Shown: positions 1-10,411, counted from the first letter of the stretch. The stretch is DNA of 64,000 bases from an uncultured Candidatus Berkelbacteria bacterium (GCA_963698075.1 OY969116.1:606131-670130), one strand, 5' to 3'. Notes: generated from the letters alone by a model not told the origin. Numbers and translations: made by a program.

Positions 1-603
1 TTTAATATTGAAGGAAAACGGATGTCCAAATCGCTTGGCACCGGCATTGATCCTTTAGATTTAATCGCCAAATATGGCGCTGATGCCGTCCGTTTTGGTT
101 TAACTTATATCAATACCGGCACACAAGATATTAAGTTTGATGAAAATGCCATTTTGGCGGGTCAAAAATTTGCCAATAAACTTTGGAATATCAGCCGATT
201 TGTAATGATGCAAGTTTCAAATTCCAAATTTCAAATTCCAAACAGAACGCCAAATCCCAAATCAGAAATAGACAAAAAAATCCTAAGTAAACTCGATTCT
301 CTAGTTATCTCAGTTAACTCTGATCTCGATGAATTTAAATTCGGCCAGGCCGCGCATGATTTATATGATTTCCTTTGGCATGATTTTGCCGATCAGTATC
401 TCGAACAAGCCAAAACTCAGATGGAAAATGTTGAATATCGCATCAATACCACGGAAATTTTGCTTTATGTTTTAGCCACCTCTTTAAAACTTCTTCATCC
501 GATGATGCCCTTTATCACCGAAGAAATTTGGCAAATTTTGGCCGCAAATAATTTAGTTAAAGAAAAAAATCTCATCAGTGCTGCTTGGCCGGAGGGAAAA
601 TGA
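1..603 (+). CDS. valS: Valyl-tRNA synthetase, C-terminal part (5' end lies outside the window)
   Basis: Frame 1 is open from nt 1. It contains the class I KMSKS motif (GKRMSKSLGTGIDP), then GADAVRFGL and KLWNISRFVMM, which resemble ValRS (E. coli GTDALRFTL...KLWNASRFVLMN). Confidence 0.7.
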   Translation, partial: FNIEGKRMSKSLGTGIDPLDLIAKYGADAVRFGLTYINTGTQDIKFDENAILAGQKFANKLWNISRFVMMQVSNSKFQIPNRTPNPKSEIDKKILSKLDSLVISVNSDLDEFKFGQAAHDLYDFLWHDFADQYLEQAKTQMENVEYRINTTEILLYVLATSLKLLHPMMPFITEEIWQILAANNLVKEKNLISAAWPEGK

Positions 604-1097
604 AAAATGATTCAGAATACTACCTTGTCCGAGCCATAATTATTATCGCCGCTTTAGTGATCGGTTTTTTGGGTTCGCGTTTGATCGGTGCGCTTTATTA
701 CAACAAACTCATGAGTGAATCCTCGGCTTTAGGCAATTTCCAAAAACAATATCAAGAAAAAATCAATTTGGAAACCGACCCTTATGAGTTGGCCAAAATG
801 GGCATGGTTTTTCTCAGAATCAATGACAATGAAACTGCTTTTTTGTGTTTTGACAAAGCCAGCAAAATGGATCCCAACTGGCGTGATGCTTTTGTTTGGA
901 AAGGATACACCGAACTAAAATTTAACAAACCAAAGGATGCCCTCATCTCGCTCAAGGCCGCCGAAAAAATTGATCCAATTTACCCCTTAACTTATCAACT
1001 TTTGGTTATTGCCTATCAGCAAACCGGAGATTCTCAAAGCGCCCAATTCGCCCAAGAAAAGCTGGTGTATTTGAGTAAAAGTTATCAAAAACAGTAA
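600..1097 (+). CDS. TPR-repeat protein with N-terminal transmembrane helix
   Basis: ATG at 600 follows GGAGGG and overlaps the valS stop (ATGA). There is a hydrophobic N-terminal helix and TPR-like helical repeats (AFLCFDKASKMDPNW..AFVWKGYTELKFNKPKDA..). Confidence 0.55.
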   Translation: MKNDSEYYLVRAIIIIAALVIGFLGSRLIGALYYNKLMSESSALGNFQKQYQEKINLETDPYELAKMGMVFLRINDNETAFLCFDKASKMDPNWRDAFVWKGYTELKFNKPKDALISLKAAEKIDPIYPLTYQLLVIAYQQTGDSQSAQFAQEKLVYLSKSYQKQ

Positions 1098-1159
1098 CTT
1101 TATACGAATTACGATTTTGTGATACAATTAATTCAGATTCCTGCATTGAAGGAGGGTTT

Positions 1160-2428
1160 TTGTTGCGTATTTATCAAAGATTCAAAGAGCTAATTATTTG
1201 GGCTCTTATATTTGTTCTAATTTTTTTGAATTTCAGCCTTTCTTTCCCAATAAAAGCAAACGCGGCAGATTTTAATTTCACCGATAGTCATTTTACCGCC
1301 AAAAGCGACGGAACACTTACTCACACCTACACTGTTAACGGCACTCAAAAAACGCAAACATATAGTGGTCAGGTGGCCGATGATGGACATTCTGTTTATA
1401 AAAATGGCACTAGCTTTTTTGGACATGGTCTTTACATTTATCAAATGGGTGGTTCTCAAACTCATAAGAACTGGGGTAAGAATTGCCGAGAAAACGCCGA
1501 TATAAAACCAAAAACAAGTCCATATTTCATGGTGGTAGAAAAAGTAGACGACAATACTTATCAAACCGTCGGCATCTATTTCAAACAACAATGCACTAAT
1601 GCCGAAGCTTGTGGCGCGGCCGTCACCAACCTGCTAACAGAAGAATATTATTTTCAAAGCCAAAATTTCGGTGGCAACGGAGATGACTGTCAAAATGTCT
1701 ACGACACCAACAGCGAATTTTACAAATATTTAGAATATGTTAATTCAAGAAATTTTTCCGTCGATGGTTTAACTAGCGGAGAAAAATCTAATCCATGTTC
1801 TATCTCGGGTAAAATCAATATTGATTTTACCAAGCAAAATCTCACCGGCGGCGAAACCGGGGTTCAACAATGGTCAGATCTTAAGAAAAAACAATATTTA
1901 GGTAACTTAGAATTTCGCGCTCAACTTTGGTATAAAGGACCAGGCGCCTCAACCTTTATTTCCGCCGATGAAAGCGCGGTCATTCAAGATGACGGGACCT
2001 ATACTTTTGAAGCCAAGCAACGCCCAACGGGTCAATATATTGTCACCGCAACCATTAAAAGAACCAAAAACAGCCCCAGTTTTGAACCCGGTTCTATTGA
2101 TCCGAGTTTTGAAAATCAAAAGTTGAATTTAATCGATCCCTCTTTTTATCCGGCCTTTTCCGATCAGGGCGATATGGAATATTTCTTCGGAAAATCTCCC
2201 TTAATTGAGCTAAAGAAAGACTGCAGCAATTTCACAGGACAAAACATTACCCTTGCTTCAATCGGGATTAAAGAACAGAAAGCCAGCTCCGCCGATACTT
2301 GTGGAGTAAGTTCTATCAATCCAATCACTGTCGCTATTGCCATGGTTTTGTGCTCCTTTATTAATGGCTTGGCTGATCTTGCCGGCTGGCTTACTAATAA
2401 TATTTTTCAAGGGGTTTTTAATGCTTAA
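1160..2428 (+). CDS. Secreted/surface hypothetical protein with signal peptide and hydrophobic C-terminus
   Basis: N-terminal signal-like segment ends in KANA, the body is Cys-containing and Asn/Thr-rich, and the C-terminal hydrophobic stretch is PITVAIAMVLCSFINGLADLAGWL. It lies directly upstream of the VirB6-like gene. Confidence 0.45.
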   Translation: MLRIYQRFKELIIWALIFVLIFLNFSLSFPIKANAADFNFTDSHFTAKSDGTLTHTYTVNGTQKTQTYSGQVADDGHSVYKNGTSFFGHGLYIYQMGGSQTHKNWGKNCRENADIKPKTSPYFMVVEKVDDNTYQTVGIYFKQQCTNAEACGAAVTNLLTEEYYFQSQNFGGNGDDCQNVYDTNSEFYKYLEYVNSRNFSVDGLTSGEKSNPCSISGKINIDFTKQNLTGGETGVQQWSDLKKKQYLGNLEFRAQLWYKGPGASTFISADESAVIQDDGTYTFEAKQRPTGQYIVTATIKRTKNSPSFEPGSIDPSFENQKLNLIDPSFYPAFSDQGDMEYFFGKSPLIELKKDCSNFTGQNITLASIGIKEQKASSADTCGVSSINPITVAIAMVLCSFINGLADLAGWLTNNIFQGVFNA

Positions 2429-5255
2429 AATTTGCAAAAAATTAATTATTTGGACGATATTGGCCGGCCTTACTATCAGTCTGGGTATATTACTTTTCCC
2501 TCAAAAAACCTTCGCCGACGACAAGGGCGCCTACATTACCCTGACAGCCGATACACCAGCTTATTTTTATATTGACGGAAAGGACGTCAGTAAAACCGCT
2601 AATGGCAAGCCCGTGGCTACCGAACAATGGTATGCCTGTATTTATGATTCCACCAAACCAACCCGGGTCATCAAAGCTGTGCCCGTTGATACCGATAAAT
2701 ATGAAGCGCGCGAACAAACTATTACGGTCGGAAAATGGGGCAATGAATTGTCCTGTCTGGAAAATCCGGAAACGGTCGTCAATTTTACTCTTGATAAAAG
2801 CACCCCACCCACGCCTACGCCTACGCCCACTACCTCTATCTCTCCGGCGGCCGGAACTGGCTCCAGCATTCGAGATGCTTTAACTACCACTGGTCAAAAT
2901 CCCTGGGTCATTACGGCTTGGAAGGGGGTGCTGGCCTTAGCCAATATCGGTTTAGTCGTGGTGCTTATTTTTATTGCAGTCGTTAATATTTTACGGATTC
3001 AATACGACACTTATGCAATCAAAAAGGCTCTGCCATATTTGATTATCGGAATAATCTTAGCGAACTTTTCTCTTTTAATAATCAGGATGTTTGTGGATTT
3101 CTCCAACATTCTCACCAGTCTTTTTTTGCATGGCTATAGCACCCCGGGCGATTTTGCTAAAGCTTTAATTGGCGACACCAATGTTCTTACCAATACGAAT
3201 CAAAATCCCATGGGTGGTTCCGTCGGTATTGGCACTCTTCTTCTCTGGTTCATCTTTGCTCTGGGGGTCATGCTTGCTTTTGTAATTTTGGGTTTTCTTT
3301 TCTACATCCGTTTTGCTGTGGTTTTAATTTTAGCCATTGTGGCCCCTTTGGCTTTTATCGCCATGGCCTTTCCGCCTACACAGGGTGTCTTTAAACAATG
3401 GTGGGGCTGGTTGATGAAATTTATCTTTATGAAACCAATTTCTTTCTTCCTTCTTTGGTTAGCGATGGATATTAAAGATGCTGGTACCGCCAATGGCTTA
3501 AATCATCTCACTCTTTGGGCCATCATCGCTTTTTTGGTTTATGCTGCCATTATTATCCCCTTCAAACTGGGCGGTTTTGTCATGGCGGCGTGGGGTGGTG
3601 CCGGCAAAAAAGCCGCCGGTTGGCTGGGGAACAAAGCCGATTATGGTTTGGCCAAATATGCCAAATGGTCGCCAAAATCCGCCTATCAGGCCTACAAAAT
3701 GGGGGCGGAGGAGCAAAGAGAAAGAGCTTATGCCTTAGCCACCGGCAAACAAAGGGATATTTGGACTAAAGGATTAAGTTTAGGCAGAAAGAAAAGCGAC
3801 TATTATAAACAAGCCGAACGCGCTTTGGGTATGAAAACCATCAAGCAAGAAGTTGGTGATTTAGATCTTAAAAGTCGGGAGGGTTTAGCCGAAGCTTTTT
3901 CAAAATTACATAGCCGCGGTGACAAGGCCGCCTTACAAATATTGCTTGAGGAAGCTGCCAACGAATATATGGTGGCAGATATTATGGAAGAATTATCGCC
4001 CGAACTGAAGGTTAAATTAGGCTTTAACAAAGGTGAAGATTTAGCCACCGATTATGATAGCCAGCTCGATTTCATCGGTCGGGTTCTTGGCAAAAACAAT
4101 TTTGAAGGCATGAATCGCATTGAAGAAGCCTATATCAAATCTGGGCTTGCCACCGGAAAAAGACATCCATTAAATGAAGCCAAAACTGGATATGAGGAAG
4201 CCGGTCTTGAAAAACAAACTACAATGGCTGTCAAACGTTTCCAATCACCCGATCCGATTAAAGCGATCCGCAGTTTCCGCATTGATTCTTTAATTGGCAA
4301 AAACGGCGAATTAACCGCTTTGGGCCGGAGATTTTTAGAAAGTGATGGGTTGACCGCCGGCCATATAGATTTAATTCGACAAAAACGTGCCCGCCAAAGC
4401 ACTTATCAAAAGGCAATTGATCCTAAAAATGAGCGGTTCTGGCGAGACCTTGAGAGTTTCGACCAAGGCAAGAAACTTAAGGAGGCCATAACGGCAGCTG
4501 GATTTACCCCCAGACCCCAACTAAATACAGTGACCGCGCCCCGGGTTGAAAATAACCAAGTCGTTCCCGGTCAAACCACCCCTGTTGAGATCAGTCAACT
4601 GACTCCCGAGCAAATTACCCCCGAAATTAAAGGCGAACTGGCGAGCAAGTTGGCCAGTCCTACGCTGACCCTTGACCAATTAAATGTTTTGAGTGCCAAC
4701 ATCAATGCGAACGCAAATTTGGGTGACCTAACCCCATTGGTGACGAGCATCACCAAGCTTCGACAAGCCACGGAAAAAGCCGGCCAGCTTAGTTCATTGA
4801 GCCGCCAAGTAGCAGATTCGAAAATGCAAGAAATTGGTCAGGATATTGCTGATGAATTGGGAACGGCCGTGAAATACAAAATAGACCCTGGAATGTTAGT
4901 AGCGGAAGCTATTAAAAAAGCAAATCTCCTTGATCCTAGCAAACTAAAAAAAATCATCCAAGACAAAATTTCTCAAAGCAATGCCACCATTATTAGCCCC
5001 GGCGGACGTGATGTTCCTGCCAGCCAACTAGTTAATATATTCCGAGATATTACCACCAGGACCGGGAGGGATGAAGTAAAATCTAAAGTAGAATTTAGCG
5101 CCAATTTAGATCGTCTTGGGGCTTCTGAAAAAGAAAAACACGATGCCTGGGGAATAATTAATGCTTATGAAGGAAAAACTCCAACTAAGGAAGAAAAAAC
5201 TCAACGAGATAGCGAGCTCGATTTTGAACAACTCTTTTACGAAGAAGAAACATAG
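2421..5255 (+). CDS. TrbL/VirB6-like polytopic membrane protein (putative T4SS/conjugation channel component)
   Basis: Likely start is ATG 2421 (MLKICKK.., signal peptide) overlapping the upstream gene. There is a secreted N-terminal domain, a PTPTPTPT linker, a block of at least 6 transmembrane helices (aa ~190-430) and a long charged C-terminal domain. This is the usual architecture of VirB6/TrbL proteins in Gram-positive or CPR T4SS loci. Confidence 0.45.
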   Translation: MLKICKKLIIWTILAGLTISLGILLFPQKTFADDKGAYITLTADTPAYFYIDGKDVSKTANGKPVATEQWYACIYDSTKPTRVIKAVPVDTDKYEAREQTITVGKWGNELSCLENPETVVNFTLDKSTPPTPTPTPTTSISPAAGTGSSIRDALTTTGQNPWVITAWKGVLALANIGLVVVLIFIAVVNILRIQYDTYAIKKALPYLIIGIILANFSLLIIRMFVDFSNILTSLFLHGYSTPGDFAKALIGDTNVLTNTNQNPMGGSVGIGTLLLWFIFALGVMLAFVILGFLFYIRFAVVLILAIVAPLAFIAMAFPPTQGVFKQWWGWLMKFIFMKPISFFLLWLAMDIKDAGTANGLNHLTLWAIIAFLVYAAIIIPFKLGGFVMAAWGGAGKKAAGWLGNKADYGLAKYAKWSPKSAYQAYKMGAEEQRERAYALATGKQRDIWTKGLSLGRKKSDYYKQAERALGMKTIKQEVGDLDLKSREGLAEAFSKLHSRGDKAALQILLEEAANEYMVADIMEELSPELKVKLGFNKGEDLATDYDSQLDFIGRVLGKNNFEGMNRIEEAYIKSGLATGKRHPLNEAKTGYEEAGLEKQTTMAVKRFQSPDPIKAIRSFRIDSLIGKNGELTALGRRFLESDGLTAGHIDLIRQKRARQSTYQKAIDPKNERFWRDLESFDQGKKLKEAITAAGFTPRPQLNTVTAPRVENNQVVPGQTTPVEISQLTPEQITPEIKGELASKLASPTLTLDQLNVLSANINANANLGDLTPLVTSITKLRQATEKAGQLSSLSRQVADSKMQEIGQDIADELGTAVKYKIDPGMLVAEAIKKANLLDPSKLKKIIQDKISQSNATIISPGGRDVPASQLVNIFRDITTRTGRDEVKSKVEFSANLDRLGASEKEKHDAWGIINAYEGKTPTKEEKTQRDSELDFEQLFYEEET

Positions 5256-5326
5256 AATCTAACCCGTAAATCATATCGAAAACCCTTAACGAATGTGTTA
5301 TATTATATTGCGCGACAACTTCGGCG

Positions 5327-5354
5327 TTGACATTTAGAATTATTGTGATATGAT
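5327..5354 (+). promoter_or_regulatory. Sigma70-like promoter (TTGACA-16-TATGAT) for GC-rich cassette A
   Basis: TTGACAtttagaattattgtgaTATGAT lies about 30 nt upstream of the GAGGAG RBS of the 5387 ORF. Confidence 0.5.
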
Positions 5355-5386
5355 CTGGTTATCTTGAACACTGAGGAGCGAGAACA

Positions 5387-5641
5387 ATGAGAAAAGTTAG
5401 ACCCAGTTATCGAGGATGGGCAGAAGTCTGGTGGGATGGCCGTGACGCAGGCGTTTGGGCGCTAAGTTATGACTGGAATGGCCACAAGCCATTACTAGGT
5501 TATGTTTGGCTCGAAGCGGAGACCCTCAAGGAAGCGTTGGCCGAGGCATCCGAATATCTGGGCTGCAGTACCGATGAGATATCAGTGAGACCTGGAAGCG
5601 AAGACACAGAGACAGATGCCATTGAATTAGGACTATTGTAA
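5387..5641 (+). CDS. Hypothetical small protein (GC-rich cassette A)
   Basis: GAGGAG RBS 8 nt upstream, codon usage biased to GC at third positions, 84 aa, no recognisable motif. Confidence 0.45.
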   Translation: MRKVRPSYRGWAEVWWDGRDAGVWALSYDWNGHKPLLGYVWLEAETLKEALAEASEYLGCSTDEISVRPGSEDTETDAIELGLL

Positions 5642-5796
5642 AAGCTCGCGAGATTCAGGGATTAGTGATAGATGCTTCCGTGGTGATCTGTCAAGACTTA
5701 CAGGATCGCAAGAACGAAGAACTCAACAGAAGTGCGCCGGATATATATAACGGCTACTAAAGACAAGAGAGAACAAAAACGAACCCGTAAAGGCCC

Positions 5797-5825
5797 TTGA
5801 CATATAGGGCCTTTTGTGGTATACT
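5797..5825 (+). promoter_or_regulatory. Sigma70-like promoter (TTGACA-17-TATACT, TGn-extended) overlapping an inverted repeat
   Basis: AAAGGCCC[TTGACATATA]GGGCCTTTtgtggTATACT: the -35 box sits in the loop of an 8-bp inverted repeat. The roughly 130-nt leader contains the hairpins ACCC-GCAA-GGGT and CAGGTGGC-cta-GCCACCTG (5906-5927). Confidence 0.5.
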
Positions 5826-5961
5826 ACAATGTTTCACGGATAGTATGAAAAGTCCTTTGACAAGTCGCTCAAGGAAATAACCCGCAAGGGTATAGATAAC
5901 CAACCTTTCCCTCAGGTGGCCTAGCCACCTGTTCACTCTAACCTGTATAGGAGGCCCAACA

Positions 5962-6936
5962 GTGGCCACAAGGCTCTTGGTAGTTCTGGTCGTTGCAGTG
6001 ATGTTGTTTTCTGGTCTGGCTTACGGCCAGACCGCCGACCAGCCGAACCAGGGGGTTCCGGCTGGCACGGTCGTGGGACCCGCAAGTCAGGACATGGGAA
6101 GTGCGCCGGAAACGGCACCGCCCCAACCTGGCCAGGTGCAGCCCCAATCGGGGCCGCTGGAGATGCGGATCGCTGGCGGTCTGGATGTCCGGCTCATCGG
6201 ACAGCAGCCACAAGTGGTCTACAGGGATCGCTGGCGGACACGGACCCGCACGGTCACCAAGACCATACGGGTCGCGACCAAGTCGGAACCGAATCCGAAC
6301 ATCCGGGTCGACAAGCTGAACCTTAATGTCTACCCGTCGACCCAGCCGTCTGCCGTAACCCCTCCGCGTAGCGGAGGGCAAACGCTAAGCCCACCGGCAA
6401 CGCCGGTGCAGGGAGGTAGCAGAGTGTCGCTGATCAACGTTCCGTTCGACAATCTTCTCGTCGTCATCGGCGGCGCCATCGCGATCATCGCGATAATCTA
6501 CGCGATGATTCGCAACATGCATCGCGAGGAGCAACAGACGGCCCGCGCCCGGGAGACAACGGCCCAGGCCCAGGCCACCCAGTTCGGAACGGCTCTAGCC
6601 AATCAGGCACCGTTCCAGCCAGCCGCGGGAAGAGATGTGGATATGTCTGTCACTGTCTTCCCCGGTGGTGGTGGCGTGGTCCGCGCTCGCTCGAACGAGC
6701 GGCCGCAGGGAACCGTGGTGCAGCCCATTGCGCCACCACTGGCGGCAATGGTGGTGACGGCCCCCGGCCAACCCGTCAATGTCATCACTTTCGGCAACGC
6801 GCCCGTTGCCCTGCCCGGCCAACTGGTGGCTCTGCCGCCCGTTCCTCCGGCACCGCCCGTTCCTCCGGTACCTCCGGCTCCGCCCGCCCCGCGCCTCAAC
6901 CCCAACCAGCAGCCGCCCGCAGCCGCCGCTGCGTAA
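5962..6936 (+). CDS. Proline-rich membrane-anchored protein (GC-rich cassette A)
   Basis: GTG start 8 nt after TAGGAGG. Signal peptide MATRLLVVLVVAVMLFSGLAYGQ, central transmembrane helix LLVVIGGAIAIIAIIYAMI, C-terminal PPVPPAPPVPPVPPAPPAP repeats. By eye the region is about 65% GC. Confidence 0.55.
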   Translation: MATRLLVVLVVAVMLFSGLAYGQTADQPNQGVPAGTVVGPASQDMGSAPETAPPQPGQVQPQSGPLEMRIAGGLDVRLIGQQPQVVYRDRWRTRTRTVTKTIRVATKSEPNPNIRVDKLNLNVYPSTQPSAVTPPRSGGQTLSPPATPVQGGSRVSLINVPFDNLLVVIGGAIAIIAIIYAMIRNMHREEQQTARARETTAQAQATQFGTALANQAPFQPAAGRDVDMSVTVFPGGGGVVRARSNERPQGTVVQPIAPPLAAMVVTAPGQPVNVITFGNAPVALPGQLVALPPVPPAPPVPPVPPAPPAPRLNPNQQPPAAAAA

Positions 6937-6962
6937 CCCGCTTCAATTCGACCCATCAATCA

Positions 6963-6998
6963 GAAGGCTCGGACATCCGTCCGAGCCTTCTTCATATC
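6963..6998 (+). terminator. Intrinsic terminator of cassette A
   Basis: GAAGGCTCGGAC-atcc-GTCCGAGCCTTC followed by TTCATAT. Confidence 0.5.
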
Positions 6999-7022
6999 TC
7001 AAAAATTTTTATCTCAATTTAT

Positions 7023-8000
7023 TTAAGGATTTCGTCTCTGTTGTCTTTGTCCTTGTGGTCCTCCGCCCCTGCGGCCAATTTTTCGAAAAGCATTTACAAA
7101 TTGATTAATGTCCTCGATCGTTGTCTCAATTGGCTGATTATTGGTAGCGTCTAAAAGATAAATAATATTATCTTCAACATCGGCAATAATCACTCGAGCG
7201 GTCAAACCTTGGAGTTCAGCTGGAAGTTGTACGCCCGGCTTTAAAGCCCAAATTTCATTTTGTTTGGGAGTTTTTGACGGCTTCTTCTCTTTTTCCTTCT
7301 CGATTGGCCTTATCCCAGCAATCGCCAAATCAAAAATATCAACAATTGGCCGGCGCTTGCCTTCGCGAGCCAATTCCGCCTGACCGGGTTTTTTCTCCAC
7401 TCGCTTAAATTTATAATTTCCCGCGTCAATTGGCCGTGCTCTCGGATCCGAGCGGTCAGCAATTGTCTGCTCTGGACCAATTATTAATTCGTCACCGTCC
7501 TTAACGCCAATCAGCCAATCTTCCACCAACTCTCTGCCTTTACTAAGCAGGTTTTCAATCGACATTTGAAATCTGCCAGGCTGTTGCTCGGTTACGGGCT
7601 GGGGTTGAAAAGTTTGATCAAGTTTGTCATACAATACCCGTCCGTTCTGCCAATCTATCTCGATGATCCGCAAATACCCTCTGCCGCCGACATCTTCGTA
7701 AATCCAAATTTGACCAACTGCTGGCAATCCTTTTTCTAACTGACGACCAAGTTCCTGATATCTTTCCTGATTAGTGGCGAATGTCTCCTCGGGCGTCGGT
7801 GTCGGCGCCGGCGCTTCCGGCACTTCGGGAACCCGACCGAGCATTTCTTGTCGTTTAGCTTCTTGCTCCTCAGACAAAATCTCTTCCATTTCACCTCCTT
7901 CTTTCCCCTTCCAAGCCGCCCCTAAAGCCAAACCGCCAAAAACCGCCGCGATTTGAGCGGCCGTTCGACCGATAATTGTTTCTGCGCCTGGGCCAATCAC
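7023..8000 (-). CDS. Hypothetical protein
   Basis: 325-aa ORF. Its GTG start overlaps the stop of the upstream gene (GTGA), which indicates translational coupling. No recognisable motif. Confidence 0.45.
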   Translation of the reverse strand: MIGPGAETIIGRTAAQIAAVFGGLALGAAWKGKEGGEMEEILSEEQEAKRQEMLGRVPEVPEAPAPTPTPEETFATNQERYQELGRQLEKGLPAVGQIWIYEDVGGRGYLRIIEIDWQNGRVLYDKLDQTFQPQPVTEQQPGRFQMSIENLLSKGRELVEDWLIGVKDGDELIIGPEQTIADRSDPRARPIDAGNYKFKRVEKKPGQAELAREGKRRPIVDIFDLAIAGIRPIEKEKEKKPSKTPKQNEIWALKPGVQLPAELQGLTARVIIADVEDNIIYLLDATNNQPIETTIEDINQFVNAFRKIGRRGGGPQGQRQQRRNP

Positions 8001-9055
8001 GTGGTACCCAGTTTCGCCGCCGTGGTGGTCATGGTTTCACCCTGGTTGTAGATAAAATTCCAAACATGATTAATATTTCGTACCGCATGGAAAAAGCCAT
8101 TGCGGTCCAAATCAAAAATTCCCATGCTCGTCAGGCCTTTGAGACCAAGCCAAAGCCCACCAGCGGCGCCGACACCGGCACCAATGGCGGACAAAATTTC
8201 CCGCCGGCGATTCCACATTGCTTTGGTCTGACCCAAACGTTCTTCTGCCGCCAAAACTTGCTCGGATTGAGTATGGAAACTATTAATAATTTCCGTATAA
8301 AGGCGGGTTTTTTCGGCTGGGTCAACGCCTTCCCCCGTGGCCTGAAGGGCCATTTCTCGCATTCGGCACCAATCAGCCACTTGGGCCTCAACGATTTTTT
8401 GTCTTCGGCCGCGTTCGTGACCATAAAGATGTTCTAAGCCCTCAGCAAAGCCCCGGCCAGCCATCGAGCCAAATAAAGCCGCGGCAGCAGGGTAAGCTAG
8501 ACCACCAGTTAGAACGCCAACTACTCCTAATGTGCCGGCCATCAAAAGGGTCTTTTTATTAAAAATAGTGGTTAAAGCCTTTCGGCCGAATTCGTGCCAG
8601 GCAACTCGCCGGGCTTGGCCGTCCGGATTCGCCTCAAAATCGCGTTCTTCCGCCAGCATTCTTCCTAGCCGGCCGAGCCGGCGGCCCCCGTGCTTTTCTT
8701 CTAATTTCAGTTCCCGAAACTGCTCGGCCGATATAATCGTCATCAAATGAACCAAATCTTCGGGATTTGTTGACGCAGAAAGTTCTCTGACTCTTTCAAT
8801 TCCACCCATGGGCTGTCCGGCTTGGCGTTCGGCCTGGCGCCTCTGCGCTTCCATCGCCGCCTGCTCTTGAGCCAGTTCTTCTTGACCTCCTGCTGACGGT
8901 GGCGGTTGGGGTTGTTCTCGCCGACCCCAAGGCCACCAGCGGCGGCGGCGCGGTTCTTCGGCTGGTGTCGGGGCCGGCACTTCGTTCAAACGCGGGGGTG
9001 GTTCCTCGGCACCGGCTTCTTCTGGCCCTGGACCACCAGGGGCTCCTTCTGGCAT
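7997..9055 (-). CDS. Hypothetical membrane protein with Pro/Glu/Arg-rich N-terminus
   Basis: AGGAG RBS upstream of ATG. Low-complexity N-terminus (PEGAPGGPGPEEAGAEEPPP), a coiled-coil and C-terminal hydrophobic helices. Confidence 0.45.
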   Translation of the reverse strand: MPEGAPGGPGPEEAGAEEPPPRLNEVPAPTPAEEPRRRRWWPWGRREQPQPPPSAGGQEELAQEQAAMEAQRRQAERQAGQPMGGIERVRELSASTNPEDLVHLMTIISAEQFRELKLEEKHGGRRLGRLGRMLAEERDFEANPDGQARRVAWHEFGRKALTTIFNKKTLLMAGTLGVVGVLTGGLAYPAAAALFGSMAGRGFAEGLEHLYGHERGRRQKIVEAQVADWCRMREMALQATGEGVDPAEKTRLYTEIINSFHTQSEQVLAAEERLGQTKAMWNRRREILSAIGAGVGAAGGLWLGLKGLTSMGIFDLDRNGFFHAVRNINHVWNFIYNQGETMTTTAAKLGTT

Positions 9056-9066
9056 AATTACTCCTG

Positions 9067-9414
9067 TTATTGGCCGCTTTTAGCGGCGGTATTCGTCTTA
9101 AATAATTCTACCATTTCCGTTTTATAAATTATGGCTTCCTGCGCTAATAAACTGGTAATATCAAGATTTTTACTTTTGAGGAATTCATCAACTTTGCCTT
9201 TATCATCGGCGTCAATTAGCTGATCAATCTCTTTGCCTTCTTCTTCGGAAAGTTGATCATAAATGCGGGCAATAGTCCGATTTTGGACGGTCTCGGCCAT
9301 TTTAGTGTAGAGCTCCTGTTTTTTTTCTGGCGGCAAATCCGCACCACCAATGAGTTCTAAGAGATCTTTTTCTAATAAATCTTTAAGTTCTTCATCACTA
9401 ATCAATTTAGCCAT
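9067..9414 (-). CDS. Hypothetical acidic protein
   Basis: Start taken as MAKLISDEEL (ATG preceded by AAGGAGG). It is the first gene of a three-gene minus-strand operon. Confidence 0.45.
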   Translation of the reverse strand: MAKLISDEELKDLLEKDLLELIGGADLPPEKKQELYTKMAETVQNRTIARIYDQLSEEEGKEIDQLIDADDKGKVDEFLKSKNLDITSLLAQEAIIYKTEMVELFKTNTAAKSGQ

Positions 9415-9441
9415 TTTAGGCCTCCTTGCTTTTATCATAAA

Positions 9442-9472
9442 ATATTCTTGACAAAAGTCAATTTTTATGCTA
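9442..9472 (+). promoter_or_regulatory. Sigma70-like promoter (TTGACA-17-TATATT, TGn-extended) plus roughly 180-nt leader of cassette B
   Basis: cTTGACAaaagtcaatttttatgcTATATT. The leader up to ATG 9656 contains CCCCG-ccaaaga-CGGGG followed by TTGCTGTTTTAG, which looks like an attenuator or terminator. Confidence 0.45.
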
Positions 9473-9655
9473 TATTATTTCAGTTATGATTGGAAGGTAA
9501 CTTTTCTGGACACTTCCTACCTTTCATCGGCAGTTTGACAACTGAATATTGCCAAAAAAGCCGCACCCAACCGATATACCCCCGCCAAAGACGGGGTTGC
9601 TGTTTTAGTCGGGAATCCACCATCGGCCTGCAGAGGCCAAGGAGAGCGAGGTATC

Positions 9656-10411
9656 ATGTCGACGATGTTGAAGCCCCCGCAGTTCACCGAAGAAGAGGAG
9701 GAGCAGCTTGGCCGTGCCTTTGGCACGTCGACACTGCTCGAGAAGTTCATCGTCTCTGTCGCGATCCGGGTGATCGGTCTGTTGGCCGACGCATCCGACT
9801 GGCTCAAGGACCAGATCCGGACCGTGGTCGCCGAGATGTTCGGCGTAGCGGATCCGGCGCAAGCCCGCGGTGCTATCCAGTCTCTCGTCAACGAGGCCGT
9901 GGACAAGGCCATCGAGCCGCTGACCGAGCGCCTCAGGCGCCTTGAGGAAGCGGGACGACTGTCTGACGCCCCCGCCGGGCCACAGCGTGACCCCGAGATG
10001 GTACGCACCGAGATCATTCCCGGGATCGTCGTGGCCGTCATGAACGACCGTGCGTTCTTGGAGTCGCTCAGCTACGAAGAGGTCCAGGCGCTCACGATCA
10101 ACAGGGACTATGTCTCCTCTGAGTTTGTCCAGAGAATCTGGGATCACGAGATCCTCAGAGACCTCTGGGGCTCGGAGGAAGGCATGAGGGAGCGCCGGAT
10201 GGAGGCCGTGGCCAAGTTCATCGACGCCGAGATGGAGGCCATGGTGAGCGCCATGAAGAAGATTCTCAAGCGCTCCAAGGCGGCGCAGGAGAAGGCCAAC
10301 ATCGGCTGGGCGCAGTACCTCCTGGTCCACTTGGGGGTTGACCCCGCGGACACCAAGGCGGTTCGCACCGCCATGGGCAGGCAGCCCGAGTTGAAGGCCT
10401 ACCTCAAGTAG
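9656..10411 (+). CDS. Hypothetical protein (GC-rich cassette B)
   Basis: AAGGAGAG RBS. Acidic N-terminus and helical body; no motif recognised. High GC. Confidence 0.5.
   Translation: MSTMLKPPQFTEEEEEQLGRAFGTSTLLEKFIVSVAIRVIGLLADASDWLKDQIRTVVAEMFGVADPAQARGAIQSLVNEAVDKAIEPLTERLRRLEEAGRLSDAPAGPQRDPEMVRTEIIPGIVVAVMNDRAFLESLSYEEVQALTINRDYVSSEFVQRIWDHEILRDLWGSEEGMRERRMEAVAKFIDAEMEAMVSAMKKILKRSKAAQEKANIGWAQYLLVHLGVDPADTKAVRTAMGRQPELKAYLK

Noticed and set aside
1217-1591. 124-aa antisense ORF inside the secreted-protein gene.
   Set aside because: It is antisense to a gene with a clear signal peptide. It has no RBS and a low-complexity translation.
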